NCBI GenBank assembly: GCA_017475705.1
Contig: JAFVFB010000034.1
Span: 1,074 to 65,073 of the forward strand
DNA: 64,000 bases
Reading direction: 5' to 3'
DNA from: Alphaproteobacteria bacterium
Lineage (GTDB): Bacteria > Pseudomonadota > Alphaproteobacteria > RF32 > CAG-239
Made by a program: the position numbers and the translations under genes. Below are positions 10,651 to 20,240 of the stretch, in pieces. Every line of letters starts with the position of its first letter. Within the stretch, counting starts at the first letter, position 1. The notes under the pieces are model-generated. The model was not told the DNA's origin. It did no database searches and was given only the letters and a program-made list of their open reading frames with translations.

Positions 10651-10726
10651 TGGCAGGGGCAGTAAGATTCGAACTCACGACACTCGGTTTTGGAGACCGA
10701 TGCTCTACCAACTGAGCTATACCCCT
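10651..10726 (-). tRNA. trnW: tRNA-Trp (anticodon CCA), CCA end encoded
   Basis: The reverse complement is AGGGGTATAGCTCAGTTGGTAGAGCATCGGTCTCCAAAACCGAGTGTCGTGAGTTCGAATCTTACTGCCCCTGCCA. It folds as a 76-nt cloverleaf with anticodon loop CTCCAAA. Confidence 0.9.
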
Positions 10727-10895
10727 ATCAAACTGAAATGCTTATAAAACATTTCCTTTCACAAATCAAGAACTTTTTTTATAATCCGCTTTTTATCCCT
10801 AAAGTCTTAGTATGATAGAAAATTTTGTAAGGATCAAGTTAATTAAAGCGGTTACTATATATTCACTTTGCCAAGATGTTTTTATGTTTTCTAAT

Positions 10896-11243
10896 TTAAC
10901 TTTTTCTCATCTCAGCAACGGAATTCCACATTTTTTCCAGATTATAAAAATCACGGACTTCTGGGCAGAATATATGCACAATCACGTCAAAGGCATCAAT
11001 TAATACCCAGTTGGCTTTTTCTTCACCCTCTGAGGAGGCTGAATAGCCATTCTTTTTTAATTCTTCTTTGAGTTTTTCTGCTAGTGATGCTACGTGGCGA
11101 TTAGATGTACCACTGGCAATTACCATAAAATTTGCAATAGATGTTTTTCCTTTTAAATCTATTGTTACAATGTTTTCAGCCTTATTGGTGTCTAATGTTG
11201 TTTCTATTAGTTTTAATAGTTTTTCATCAGATTGCATTATCAT
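10896..11243 (-). CDS. rsfS: Ribosomal silencing factor RsfS (iojap family)
   Basis: 115-aa ORF with DLKGKTSIANFMVIASGTSNRHVASLAEKL...WVLIDAFDVIVHIF, typical of RsfS. It lies downstream of obg, as in many bacteria. Confidence 0.85.
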   Translation of the reverse strand: MIMQSDEKLLKLIETTLDTNKAENIVTIDLKGKTSIANFMVIASGTSNRHVASLAEKLKEELKKNGYSASSEGEEKANWVLIDAFDVIVHIFCPEVRDFYNLEKMWNSVAEMRKS

Positions 11244-11255
11244 AAACTCCTTGTG

Positions 11256-12356
<1,101 letters not shown>

Positions 12357-12414
12357 TTATTTACAAAGAAAGGGGGATGTCTGGCACCCCCTTATTCCTT
12401 TTGTTTGAATTTTA

Positions 12415-12672
12415 TTATTCAGCAGGAACAACAGAAACATAGGTTCTGTCATTTGCTTTGGTCTTAAATTCAACTTTTCCTTCTGTGGTGGCAAAAATTG
12501 TGTGATCTTTACCCATACCAACATTGTTACCCGGGTGGAATTTTGTGCCACGTTGACGGATAATGATGTTACCAGAGATAACAGATTCACCACCGAATTT
12601 TTTAACACCTAAACGGCGTCCGATTGAATCGCGTCCGTTTGATGAGCTACCGCCTGATTTCTTATGTGCCAT
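12415..12672 (-). CDS. rpmA: 50S ribosomal protein L27
   Basis: [28 protein letters not shown]... is the canonical L27 N-terminus. Confidence 0.95.
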   Translation of the reverse strand: MAHKKSGGSSSNGRDSIGRRLGVKKFGGESVISGNIIIRQRGTKFHPGNNVGMGKDHTIFATTEGKVEFKTKANDRTYVSVVPAE

Positions 12673-12691
12673 TTTTATAACTCCTAGTTAA

Positions 12692-12991
12692 TTACTCACA
12701 CAAATCGGTAATTTTAACGATTGTGATGTTTTGTCTGTGTCCATTTTTACGACGGTAATTCTGTCTTCTCTTTTTCTTGAAGACAATGATTTTAGCGTCT
12801 TTTGCTTGCTTAACGATGGTTGCTTTAACGCTTGCGCCATTAACCAATGGCGTACCAACGGTCTCACCCATTGCTAATACTTCGTTAAAAACGACTTCGC
12901 TTCCAGCTTCACCGGCAATCTTTTCGATTTTAATAACATCATTAGATGCTACTTTGTATTGTTTGCCGCCTGTTTTAATTACTGCATACAT
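12692..12991 (-). CDS. rplU: 50S ribosomal protein L21
   Basis: MYAVIKTGGKQYKV... is the canonical L21 start. It is adjacent to rpmA. Confidence 0.95.
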   Translation of the reverse strand: MYAVIKTGGKQYKVASNDVIKIEKIAGEAGSEVVFNEVLAMGETVGTPLVNGASVKATIVKQAKDAKIIVFKKKRRQNYRRKNGHRQNITIVKITDLCE

Positions 12992-13086
12992 TTTTATTCA
13001 CCTGTTTTGTAGATTAAACATAACTTTTTTGTGCACTATACATAAGTTTTTTAAGGAGTCAATAAGAATCTGCTTTAAAATTTAAA

Positions 13087-13617
13087 TTAATTTAATTTTT
13101 GCTGTTCTTTAAGGCGTCTGAATAGGCGTGGGTGCATAAATCTTCCTTGCCACATTCCTTTTTTATTTTGCTGCGCTGTTTGCTGTTCTTTTTGGTAGGG
13201 GCTTTCTAAGTAAATTATAGCTTGTCCATTTTTAACCATCTCGCGATTGAGGTTTGTTCCGCCGCGATAACATGTACATAATTCTCTGTTATATTGGTCT
13301 TTTTTTATAATTTTGCAAGATATTGGCTGATCTGCAATGAGTTGCTTTAAGAAATTCGCAGAAGCTTTGCCGCAAGGGTATTTTTTATTGTATTTATTTT
13401 TGCATTGTTGGATGTATTCAGGGGCATCGATGCCCATTAAACGTATTCTATGAGAACCAATTTCTAGGCTGTCACCATCTATGACTTTTACTGGCAATAA
13501 GGCGGAAGATGTTATTTCTTGTGCTGTGCAAGTTGGAATTATGTTTAAAATTACTAAAATGATTATGATAATTAAACTATTATAGGGTGTGTATATTTTT
13601 GACAATTTTCTTTCCAT
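13087..13617 (-). CDS. Secreted thermonuclease (staphylococcal nuclease, SNase) family protein
   Basis: N-terminal hydrophobic signal-like segment. VIDGDSLEIGSHRIRLMGIDAPE and a later RELCTCY...G.NLNREMVKNGQA resemble the SNase fold. Confidence 0.7.
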   Translation of the reverse strand: MERKLSKIYTPYNSLIIIIILVILNIIPTCTAQEITSSALLPVKVIDGDSLEIGSHRIRLMGIDAPEYIQQCKNKYNKKYPCGKASANFLKQLIADQPISCKIIKKDQYNRELCTCYRGGTNLNREMVKNGQAIIYLESPYQKEQQTAQQNKKGMWQGRFMHPRLFRRLKEQQKLN

Positions 13618-13681
13618 TCACATACTTTGCAATATACTTTTGCTAAAGTGTATACTTAATTTTGATTAAAGGTTAGTTACC

Positions 13682-14701
13682 GTGCGAAAAAAATTTTTAA
13701 AATTATTTTTGTTTGTTGGCGGATTGGGGCTTGTTTCTTGTTCTGCTCATTCGTCCTGGTGGAATAATGGAGAATATGAATATAAAGAACCGGACACCTC
13801 GGTTGAAAAAGATGTCTCAACCGAGGATGGTTTTATTTTAGCAACGCAACAGCGTAGTGCTGATGAAGTTTTTGGCCATGATCCTAGAGAGGCCGCTTCT
13901 GTTTATAATAAGCGAATACCGCCTTTAGATACCTTGATCGTTTGTCGGGATAAACAGTGTGCTCCAGCAGAGTTATCAAAGTCGCGCGAATATATTTTTA
14001 ATGCGCTGGCTCAGTTGTTAGATAATAATTTAGATACAACGGCTTTGCTGTGTGAAGCAAATGCTCAGGCTCATGTTTGTATTAATCCTTATTTGAGTGT
14101 GCCGGCCAAAATCGGTGTCACGCCGGCGTATGTCTATTTTGATGGGGTAAAAGTTGTTGATGCAGCGCTTGTAAAAGGAAAAACCGCCATTAATTTAGCA
14201 CTGGGGTATAATTTGAGTTATAACGGACAAACTCCAACTGTTTGTAAACCAGATACGGCAATGCTCTATGTTAAAAATAATAATGATATTGTTTTGAACG
14301 GGAACGGGTTTAAATGTGATATGACCAGTGTTGGAGCGACGACTATACGAGTTATGTTTGCTATTGATTATATTGATTTAGACTATGGATATATCGGCGG
14401 ATATTATTCTATTGGTATGTCTGGTCCAGCTACAGGTGGTGGTTCAGGGTATGGCATGATGAGACTGCCCAAAGATGCTCATCCACTACGTCCAGAATTG
14501 AAAGCTCCTCGGTCATCAAAGCAATCATCTGGTGGTGTTTTACAATCCGTTAATGCTCCAAATAGACAAATACCTGTTTCTACCGGAGGATATGCTTCGG
14601 ATGTGGCCGGGGGATATGGGCAAATGCCAAGACAACCCATGAGCTATCAAGTTCCGGCTTTTGAGCCAGAACCTGAGTTTGAGGAGATTTATGTAAAGTA
14701 G
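13682..14701 (+). CDS. Hypothetical lipoprotein
   Basis: GTG start. The signal has a lipobox-like LGLVSC. I recognise no domain. The C-terminus is low-complexity and rich in G, Y, P and Q. Confidence 0.5.
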   Translation: MRKKFLKLFLFVGGLGLVSCSAHSSWWNNGEYEYKEPDTSVEKDVSTEDGFILATQQRSADEVFGHDPREAASVYNKRIPPLDTLIVCRDKQCAPAELSKSREYIFNALAQLLDNNLDTTALLCEANAQAHVCINPYLSVPAKIGVTPAYVYFDGVKVVDAALVKGKTAINLALGYNLSYNGQTPTVCKPDTAMLYVKNNNDIVLNGNGFKCDMTSVGATTIRVMFAIDYIDLDYGYIGGYYSIGMSGPATGGGSGYGMMRLPKDAHPLRPELKAPRSSKQSSGGVLQSVNAPNRQIPVSTGGYASDVAGGYGQMPRQPMSYQVPAFEPEPEFEEIYVK

Positions 14702-14805
14702 TATTGATGTAAAATAAAAATTAATCTTTTGGTATTATTAATAAGGCTTCAGATACGTATTTGGAGCTTTATTTTTGGAGATAATTGTTCAGACTGAGGA
14801 AAAAT

Positions 14806-15465
14806 ATGAATAAGAAGTTTGTTATCTCATTAATTGGGGCGCCGGCTTCCGGCAAGGGATATATTGCGGCATGTCTGGCAAGAGAGTTAGAAGAAAAATA
14901 TCATTTTAGTAAAGAGGATATTGCGGATATTTCTATTGGCGAATTGATTCGTCGAGAGAAAAAAGCTCAAACCCCTTTGGGACTTGAATTGGCAGCCAAT
15001 ATGAAAGAAGGAGGGTTAGCTCCTGATGCAATTGTTAATAAGATGCTGACAGAAACATTGCATAGGACAAAGGCAAGAGTACTTATATTAGATGGCTATC
15101 CGCGTACGGTTGGGCAAGTTCGTACATTTGATAAATTGATGCAAGGTTTTCCCAGTGCTGTTATTTTTAGGGATACCCCGACTTCTTTGATTCTAGAGCG
15201 TGTGAAAAATCGGCGGATTTGTGCTTGTTGTGGTCGTGCACAGGAAGTTAGTAACAAGATATGTGTGTATTGCGGCGGTTCTCTTGTTAAAAGAAAAGAT
15301 GATGAAGTTCTGCCAGAACGCTTGGCAGAATATGAGCAGATGACTAAGCCTGCAGTATTAGAATTAAAAAAAGAAGGTAATCATTTCTTTTTTTATGATG
15401 GTAAAACCGAAGGTGATGAAATCGCGCAGTCCTTTCTGGCAGCTAATGAACAATATTTGCGTTAA
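14806..15465 (+). CDS. adk: Adenylate kinase with a Cys-containing lid
   Basis: P-loop GAPASGKG, LILDGYPRTVGQV, lid RRICACCGRAQEVSNKICVYCGGSLVKRKDD and RLAEYEQMTKP. I prefer the ATG at 14806, which follows GAGGAAAAAT, over the TTG at 14785 used by the track. Confidence 0.8.
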   Translation: MNKKFVISLIGAPASGKGYIAACLARELEEKYHFSKEDIADISIGELIRREKKAQTPLGLELAANMKEGGLAPDAIVNKMLTETLHRTKARVLILDGYPRTVGQVRTFDKLMQGFPSAVIFRDTPTSLILERVKNRRICACCGRAQEVSNKICVYCGGSLVKRKDDEVLPERLAEYEQMTKPAVLELKKEGNHFFFYDGKTEGDEIAQSFLAANEQYLR

Positions 15466-15469
15466 GGGT

Positions 15470-15958
15470 TTAAACAGCAAAATTATTGTATGTTGTTCGC
15501 AAATTACAGTGGGTTATTGCTATCGCTAAAGCATCAGAAGAGTCGTTATTCTTGGGTGAGCATCCAGGGAGCAAAATTTTAACCATCGTTTCTACTTGTG
15601 TTTTGTCGGCTTTACCAATGCCCGTCAACGCTTTTTTGATTTTGTTTGGTTCATATTAAAATAATGGAATATTATAAAGTGCCGGCATGAGAAATACGAC
15701 ACCTCGCGCCATACTCAATTTAAGAGATGTTTCTGGGTTGCTATTTAAAAATGTAATTTCTATTGATGCTTCATTGGGCTGGTATTGTTCAATCACTTTT
15801 TTTAATTCATTATAAATTTTGTGTAGCCTTTTTGATAGAGGTTCTTTATTGGAGGTTGGAATAAAACCGTCTGCTACATAGGACAGACGGTTCCCTTCGA
15901 CATCTATAATACCCCAGCCAGTAGATGATATACTCGGATCAAGGCCTAGTATTCGCAT
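15470..15958 (-). pseudogene. ruvC: Holliday junction resolvase RuvC interrupted by one in-frame TAA (codon 101)
   Basis: The track ORF 15656-15958 (MRILGLDPSISSTGWGIIDVEG...) stops at the TAA at 15658-15656. The same frame continues [31 protein letters not shown]...[14 protein letters not shown] to the TAA at 15472-15470. The stop replaces the Glu of the conserved ...PxFEY... segment as I recall the E. coli RuvC sequence. Confidence 0.75.
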
Positions 15959-16717
15959 TTATTCTTCCTCAGATAATTTTGTCATAATATCTTCGGCAAT
16001 ATCTGCATTATGATAAACATGCTGAACATCTTCATCTTCTTCTAATGCATCAATAAATTCTAAGAATTTTTTAGCAGTTTCCAAATCTGTAATTTCTGTT
16101 TTTACAGTAGGTTTCCAATCTAAGCGCGAGGCAGAAGGTGTGCCAAATTTTTTCTCCAGAGCTTCTGTAACAGTGGCTAAATCTTCTGGCAGTGTTTCTA
16201 TGGCGTGAATGTCATCTTCTGAGACAACTTCATTTGCACCGGCTTCAAGGGCTTCTTCAAACATTTTGTCATTATCTGCCACGCTGGAAGGATATTCGAT
16301 ATAACCAATTCTTTCAAAGTTGAAAGATACAGATCCTGTTTCACCCATTGTTCCGCCGCGTTTGCCAAATATGGCGCGTACATTACTTGCTGTACGGTTT
16401 TTGTTATCGGTTAGAGCTTCGACGATGACAGCTATTTTGTTGGGAGAAAAGCCTTCATAGCGCATGGTGCTAAAATCTGCTCCGCCGGCGACCTGTGTCG
16501 CTTTAGCAATAGCTCTTTCGATGTTGTCTTTGGGCATACTTTCAGCGCGTGCAGCTTGAATAGCTAGTCTTAAGCGTGGATTTTTATCTGGTTCAGGCAA
16601 GCCGCTTTTTGCAGCAACTGTAATTTCTCGTGCGAGTTTTGCAAAAACTCTTGCTTTTTTAGCATCTTGCGCACCTTTACGGTACATAATATTCTTAAAT
16701 TGGGAGTGTCCTGACAT
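15959..16717 (-). CDS. yebC: YebC/PmpR family DNA-binding regulator
   Basis: MSGHSQFKNIMYRKGAQDAKKARVFAKLAREI... is the canonical YebC family start. It sits immediately upstream of ruvC, the classic yebC-ruvC arrangement. Confidence 0.9.
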   Translation of the reverse strand: MSGHSQFKNIMYRKGAQDAKKARVFAKLAREITVAAKSGLPEPDKNPRLRLAIQAARAESMPKDNIERAIAKATQVAGGADFSTMRYEGFSPNKIAVIVEALTDNKNRTASNVRAIFGKRGGTMGETGSVSFNFERIGYIEYPSSVADNDKMFEEALEAGANEVVSEDDIHAIETLPEDLATVTEALEKKFGTPSASRLDWKPTVKTEITDLETAKKFLEFIDALEEDEDVQHVYHNADIAEDIMTKLSEEE

Positions 16718-16799
16718 TTAGATCTCCATAGAAAAGTTAATGTTTTTCTTTTCTATAAAACAACGGATAAAATAGCGCAAGTATTTTTTTTAGTTTCTG

Positions 16800-17609
16800 T
16801 TAGGAATCGGCAATCTCAACCAACTTGGTATCAGCGAGTAAAAATGAAGGGGTTCTATTCCCAAATACTTTATGCCTTTTGGCTAAATCAAACGCTTTTT
16901 TATCTTGATTTAACTCACATTTTTGGTAGCGAGAGTGTTTTTCTTTTAGTGGTGTTGTTTGTGAAACAACATTGGAAATTGTGGGTTCGTTTTGGTTGTT
17001 TTGATTGATTTCGCTTTGTTTGTTTTTATCAATTTTAATTTCTGCCGGTGTTTTTAGAATTTTATTCAAGATGTCTTGGGTCTCTTTGGAACGGCGGGTG
17101 GTGAAAATAATATTTTGCTTGTTTGCTGGCAACAATTCTAAAATTTTTTCTAAATTAGCCAACTGGCGTTTTTTCTTGATTAAATTGATGTCATCTACCA
17201 CGAGGATATTGATGTTGGAAATATCTACGCTATTTTCTGCAATATTTTCGAGTAATAGAGAGGGAGAGGCAATGATAACATTAGCTTCATTAACACTGTC
17301 TTCATCAGAATTTTCTTTTGTTTCATGGTATTTATTGAAAATAGAAAATTTATCGGAAATATTGACCGACTCGGCAGAATCAGCTGCTAAAATTAAAATA
17401 TTCTGCTTCTTTTTTTGGGAAATAATGTCAATTAAAGGGAAAATGTAGGCGCAGGTTTTGCCGCAAGCGGCTGGTGCGATGGTGAAAATATCTTTCCCCT
17501 CTAATATGGAAGGAATAACATCTTTTTGAACGGTTGTAGGCTCAGCATAGCCCAAATCTTCAATAGCTTGAATAGTTTTTTCGTTTAGTCCTAAATCTTT
17601 AAAACTCAT
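16800..17609 (-). CDS. DEAD-box helicase-like protein with domain 1 only and degenerate motifs
   Basis: Q-motif-like GYAEPTTVQ, motif I APAACGKT, and VVDD in place of DEAD. No helicase C-terminal domain follows. The tail is rich in Q, N and K. Confidence 0.6.
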   Translation of the reverse strand: MSFKDLGLNEKTIQAIEDLGYAEPTTVQKDVIPSILEGKDIFTIAPAACGKTCAYIFPLIDIISQKKKQNILILAADSAESVNISDKFSIFNKYHETKENSDEDSVNEANVIIASPSLLLENIAENSVDISNINILVVDDINLIKKKRQLANLEKILELLPANKQNIIFTTRRSKETQDILNKILKTPAEIKIDKNKQSEINQNNQNEPTISNVVSQTTPLKEKHSRYQKCELNQDKKAFDLAKRHKVFGNRTPSFLLADTKLVEIADS

Positions 17610-17981
17610 ATCTTAATTCCTAAAATTTTTAATAAAATTATGTAGATATTAGTGCTTTTTGTTATAGAGTCAAGAGGAGGTAACATAATATGCATCTAAA
17701 ATGCGTGTTATAATAGAGTATAGCTATCTAAAAGATATGTTTTTACTTTTTGGTAAGTATTTTTTTATTGTATTTTGCGTTATTCGTGTACTGAAAAGGG
17801 AAAATGATGAAAGCTGAAGAACAAGCCTAATGAGATGTTAACGATGGTAACGGGCAATAGATGAAAAAATCAAGAGGTTTATTAAATGCGAGTAATAAAT
17901 CAGATCAGGTTTTGTCTTTTTTTATTTGTGCTTTAAAATATTTGTGTTATAAAGTGCACATTGATTTAAAAGAGAAATAAA

Positions 17982-19304
17982 ATGCAGGAAACGTTATTTT
18001 CATCGCGGATTAAGCGTCCATTAGCGGATAGATTGCGCCCGAAAAAACTGGAGGAAGTTGTCGGGCAAGAACAGGTTTTGGGAGAAGATTCTCCGCTGGG
18101 GCGTATGCTCAGAACTGGGCAAATTTCTTCTTTTATTTTATGGGGACCTCCTGGGTGTGGAAAAACGACTATCGCACGCTTGATTGCAGAATATACAAAT
18201 CTTTATTTTGAACAGATTTCTGCGGTTTTTTCTGGTGTGGCTGATTTGAAAAGAGTTTTTCAATATGCTGAAGACAGACGCACAACGCAGGGTAAAGGGA
18301 CACTTCTCTTTGTTGATGAAATCCATCGCTTTAATAAATCACAGCAAGATGGTTTTTTACCATATGTCGAAAATGGCACAGTGATACTAGTTGGAGCAAC
18401 AACGGAAAATCCTTCTTTTGAGCTAAATGCCGCTCTTTTATCACGTTGTCAGGTGTTTGTGCTCAATCGGTTGACAGCAGAAAATTTTGAAGAACTTTTA
18501 GAACGTGCTGAAAAAGAGGAAGGACGAAAATTACCGCTTGATGAAGAAGCTCGAGAGTTAATGAAAACTGTGGCAGATGGAGATGGTCGATATATCCTTA
18601 ATTTGGCGGAAAGTGTGTGGGCATATGCTAAAGAAGGAGAGGTTTTTGATAAAGACAAATTGATGAAAGTTATCCGTTCACGTGCACCGGTATATGACAA
18701 AGGGCGGGACGGACATTATAATTTAATTTCTGCCGTGCATAAATCTTTGCGTGGTTCAGATGTTGATGCAGCACTGTATTGGGCCGGACGAATGCTTGTT
18801 TCCGGCGAAGATCCGCGCTATCTGCTGCGGCGGTTAATACGATTTTCAATAGAAGATGTTTCGCTTGCCGATCCGAATGCGGTGGTGCAGGCAATCGCTT
18901 GTGCGGATACATACGAAAGACTCGGTTCACCGGAAGGCGATTTAGCCATTATGCAACTGGTAGCTTATTTAGCAACGGCTCCAAAATCGGCAGCAGTTTA
19001 TAAAGCAATGCATAAAGTTTTTGATGCGGCAAAGCAGACCGGTTCTTTGATGCCGCCAAAGCATATTTTAAATGCACCAACAAAGTTGATGAAAAATTTA
19101 GGTTATAGTGATGGCTATATTTATGACCAAGATTTAGAAGATGGTTTTTCTGGACAAGACTATTTTCCGGAAGAGATGGGAAGGCGTCGTTTTTATAATC
19201 CGGTAGATAGAGGTTTCGAGCGAGAAATTAAAAAGCGTATAGATTATTTTGATAAATTACGCACAGAAAAGCAAAAAGAGCGTAGGATGAAGGGTGGTCA
19301 GTGA
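17982..19304 (+). CDS. rarA: Replication-associated recombination protein A (RarA/MgsA AAA+ ATPase)
   Basis: LRPKKLEEVVGQEQVLG, Walker A GPPGCGKTT, LFVDEIHRFNK and the C-terminal MgsA domain (HYNLISAVHKSLRGSD). Confidence 0.9.
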   Translation: MQETLFSSRIKRPLADRLRPKKLEEVVGQEQVLGEDSPLGRMLRTGQISSFILWGPPGCGKTTIARLIAEYTNLYFEQISAVFSGVADLKRVFQYAEDRRTTQGKGTLLFVDEIHRFNKSQQDGFLPYVENGTVILVGATTENPSFELNAALLSRCQVFVLNRLTAENFEELLERAEKEEGRKLPLDEEARELMKTVADGDGRYILNLAESVWAYAKEGEVFDKDKLMKVIRSRAPVYDKGRDGHYNLISAVHKSLRGSDVDAALYWAGRMLVSGEDPRYLLRRLIRFSIEDVSLADPNAVVQAIACADTYERLGSPEGDLAIMQLVAYLATAPKSAAVYKAMHKVFDAAKQTGSLMPPKHILNAPTKLMKNLGYSDGYIYDQDLEDGFSGQDYFPEEMGRRRFYNPVDRGFEREIKKRIDYFDKLRTEKQKERRMKGGQ

Positions 19305-20233
19305 TGTCTGGGGTTACAAATGTTTTCATAAAGCCAGAAGACGATGATATGCGGTTGAACCGGTGGTTCTTAAAATATTATCCGGGGCTTTCGCTCGGTC
19401 GGCTACAAAAGCTTTTACGGACCAAGCAAATAAAAGTTGATGGCGCTCGTGCTGAGGCTAATACACGGTTACGTGCCGGACAAGAAATACGATTACCGCC
19501 ACTGGATAATGAAAAAAAAGATGTTGTACATGATTCTGTTTCTGCTACTGATGCAAAGTATATCTCTGATATGGTTATATATAAAGATGATAATATTATT
19601 GTCTTAAATAAGCCGTCAGGGTTAGCGGTGCAAGGAGGTACGAATACTTCTCGGCATGTTGATGGCATGCTTGATGCACTGCGGTTTGGCTTGGAAGAAA
19701 AGCCGCGCTTAGTGCATCGAATCGATAAAGATACCAGTGGTATTTTGGTTTTGGCTCGCCATAGAAAAATTGCTGATATCTTAACAAAGGCCTTTAGGGA
19801 GCATACAATACATAAAACGTATTTGGCCTTAACAAAAGGCGTTCCTGCACAAACAGAGGGAGAAATTAAAGCTCCGCTGGAAAAAATTGAAGGACGCGTA
19901 CAAGCTTTGGCTTCAGGAAAGCCTGCTGTTACAGTTTATAAAGTCATCGATAATGTTGGTAATAGGTTCGCTTTGATTGCTGCCAATCCTCTGACCGGTC
20001 GAACTCATCAAATCCGCGTGCATCTTGAGTATGTCGGTGCTCCTATATGGGGAGATGATAAATATTTTGGTGAAACACGAGAAAAAAGTATTTTATTAGC
20101 AAAAAAGTTACACTTGCATGCTTATAAAATTGATTTATCTTCTGTGTATGGTAAGAAAATGGTTGTTAAAGCTGATTTGCCAGATTATTTTAAGGATAGT
20201 TTAAATACACTCGGACTCGATTTTAGGGAGTAA
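19301..20233 (+). CDS. RluA-family (RluC/RluD-like) rRNA pseudouridine synthase with an S4-like N-terminus
   Basis: LVHRIDKDTSGILVLAR is the catalytic Asp motif, and GRTHQIRVHL is also present. The start overlaps the rarA stop. Confidence 0.85.
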   Translation: MMSGVTNVFIKPEDDDMRLNRWFLKYYPGLSLGRLQKLLRTKQIKVDGARAEANTRLRAGQEIRLPPLDNEKKDVVHDSVSATDAKYISDMVIYKDDNIIVLNKPSGLAVQGGTNTSRHVDGMLDALRFGLEEKPRLVHRIDKDTSGILVLARHRKIADILTKAFREHTIHKTYLALTKGVPAQTEGEIKAPLEKIEGRVQALASGKPAVTVYKVIDNVGNRFALIAANPLTGRTHQIRVHLEYVGAPIWGDDKYFGETREKSILLAKKLHLHAYKIDLSSVYGKKMVVKADLPDYFKDSLNTLGLDFRE

Positions 20234-20240
20234 ATTAATT

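Noticed and set aside
12357-12608. An 83-aa ORF overlapping rpmA in another frame (also 40278-40589 overlapping the pnp start, 38317-38583 overlapping the pnp end, and 31993-32190 overlapping the pssA 5' region)
   Set aside because: These are out-of-frame overlaps with strongly supported genes, with no motifs and no independent signals.
15656-15658. Reassignment of the TAA codon as an explanation for the in-frame stop in ruvC
   Set aside because: TAA ends many conserved genes here at their expected lengths, for example rpsJ, groES, rplU and the ruvC 3' end itself. A nonsense mutation or a sequencing error is far more parsimonious.
17610-17981. A possible ncRNA or small gene in the 370-bp gap between the DEAD-like gene and rarA. 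This includes a 39-codon ORF ending just before the rarA ATG.
   Set aside because: I could not find SRP RNA, RNase P, tmRNA or 6S-like signatures by eye. The small ORFs lack convincing RBSs. The gap most likely holds divergent promoter regions, and transcript data would be needed to say more.
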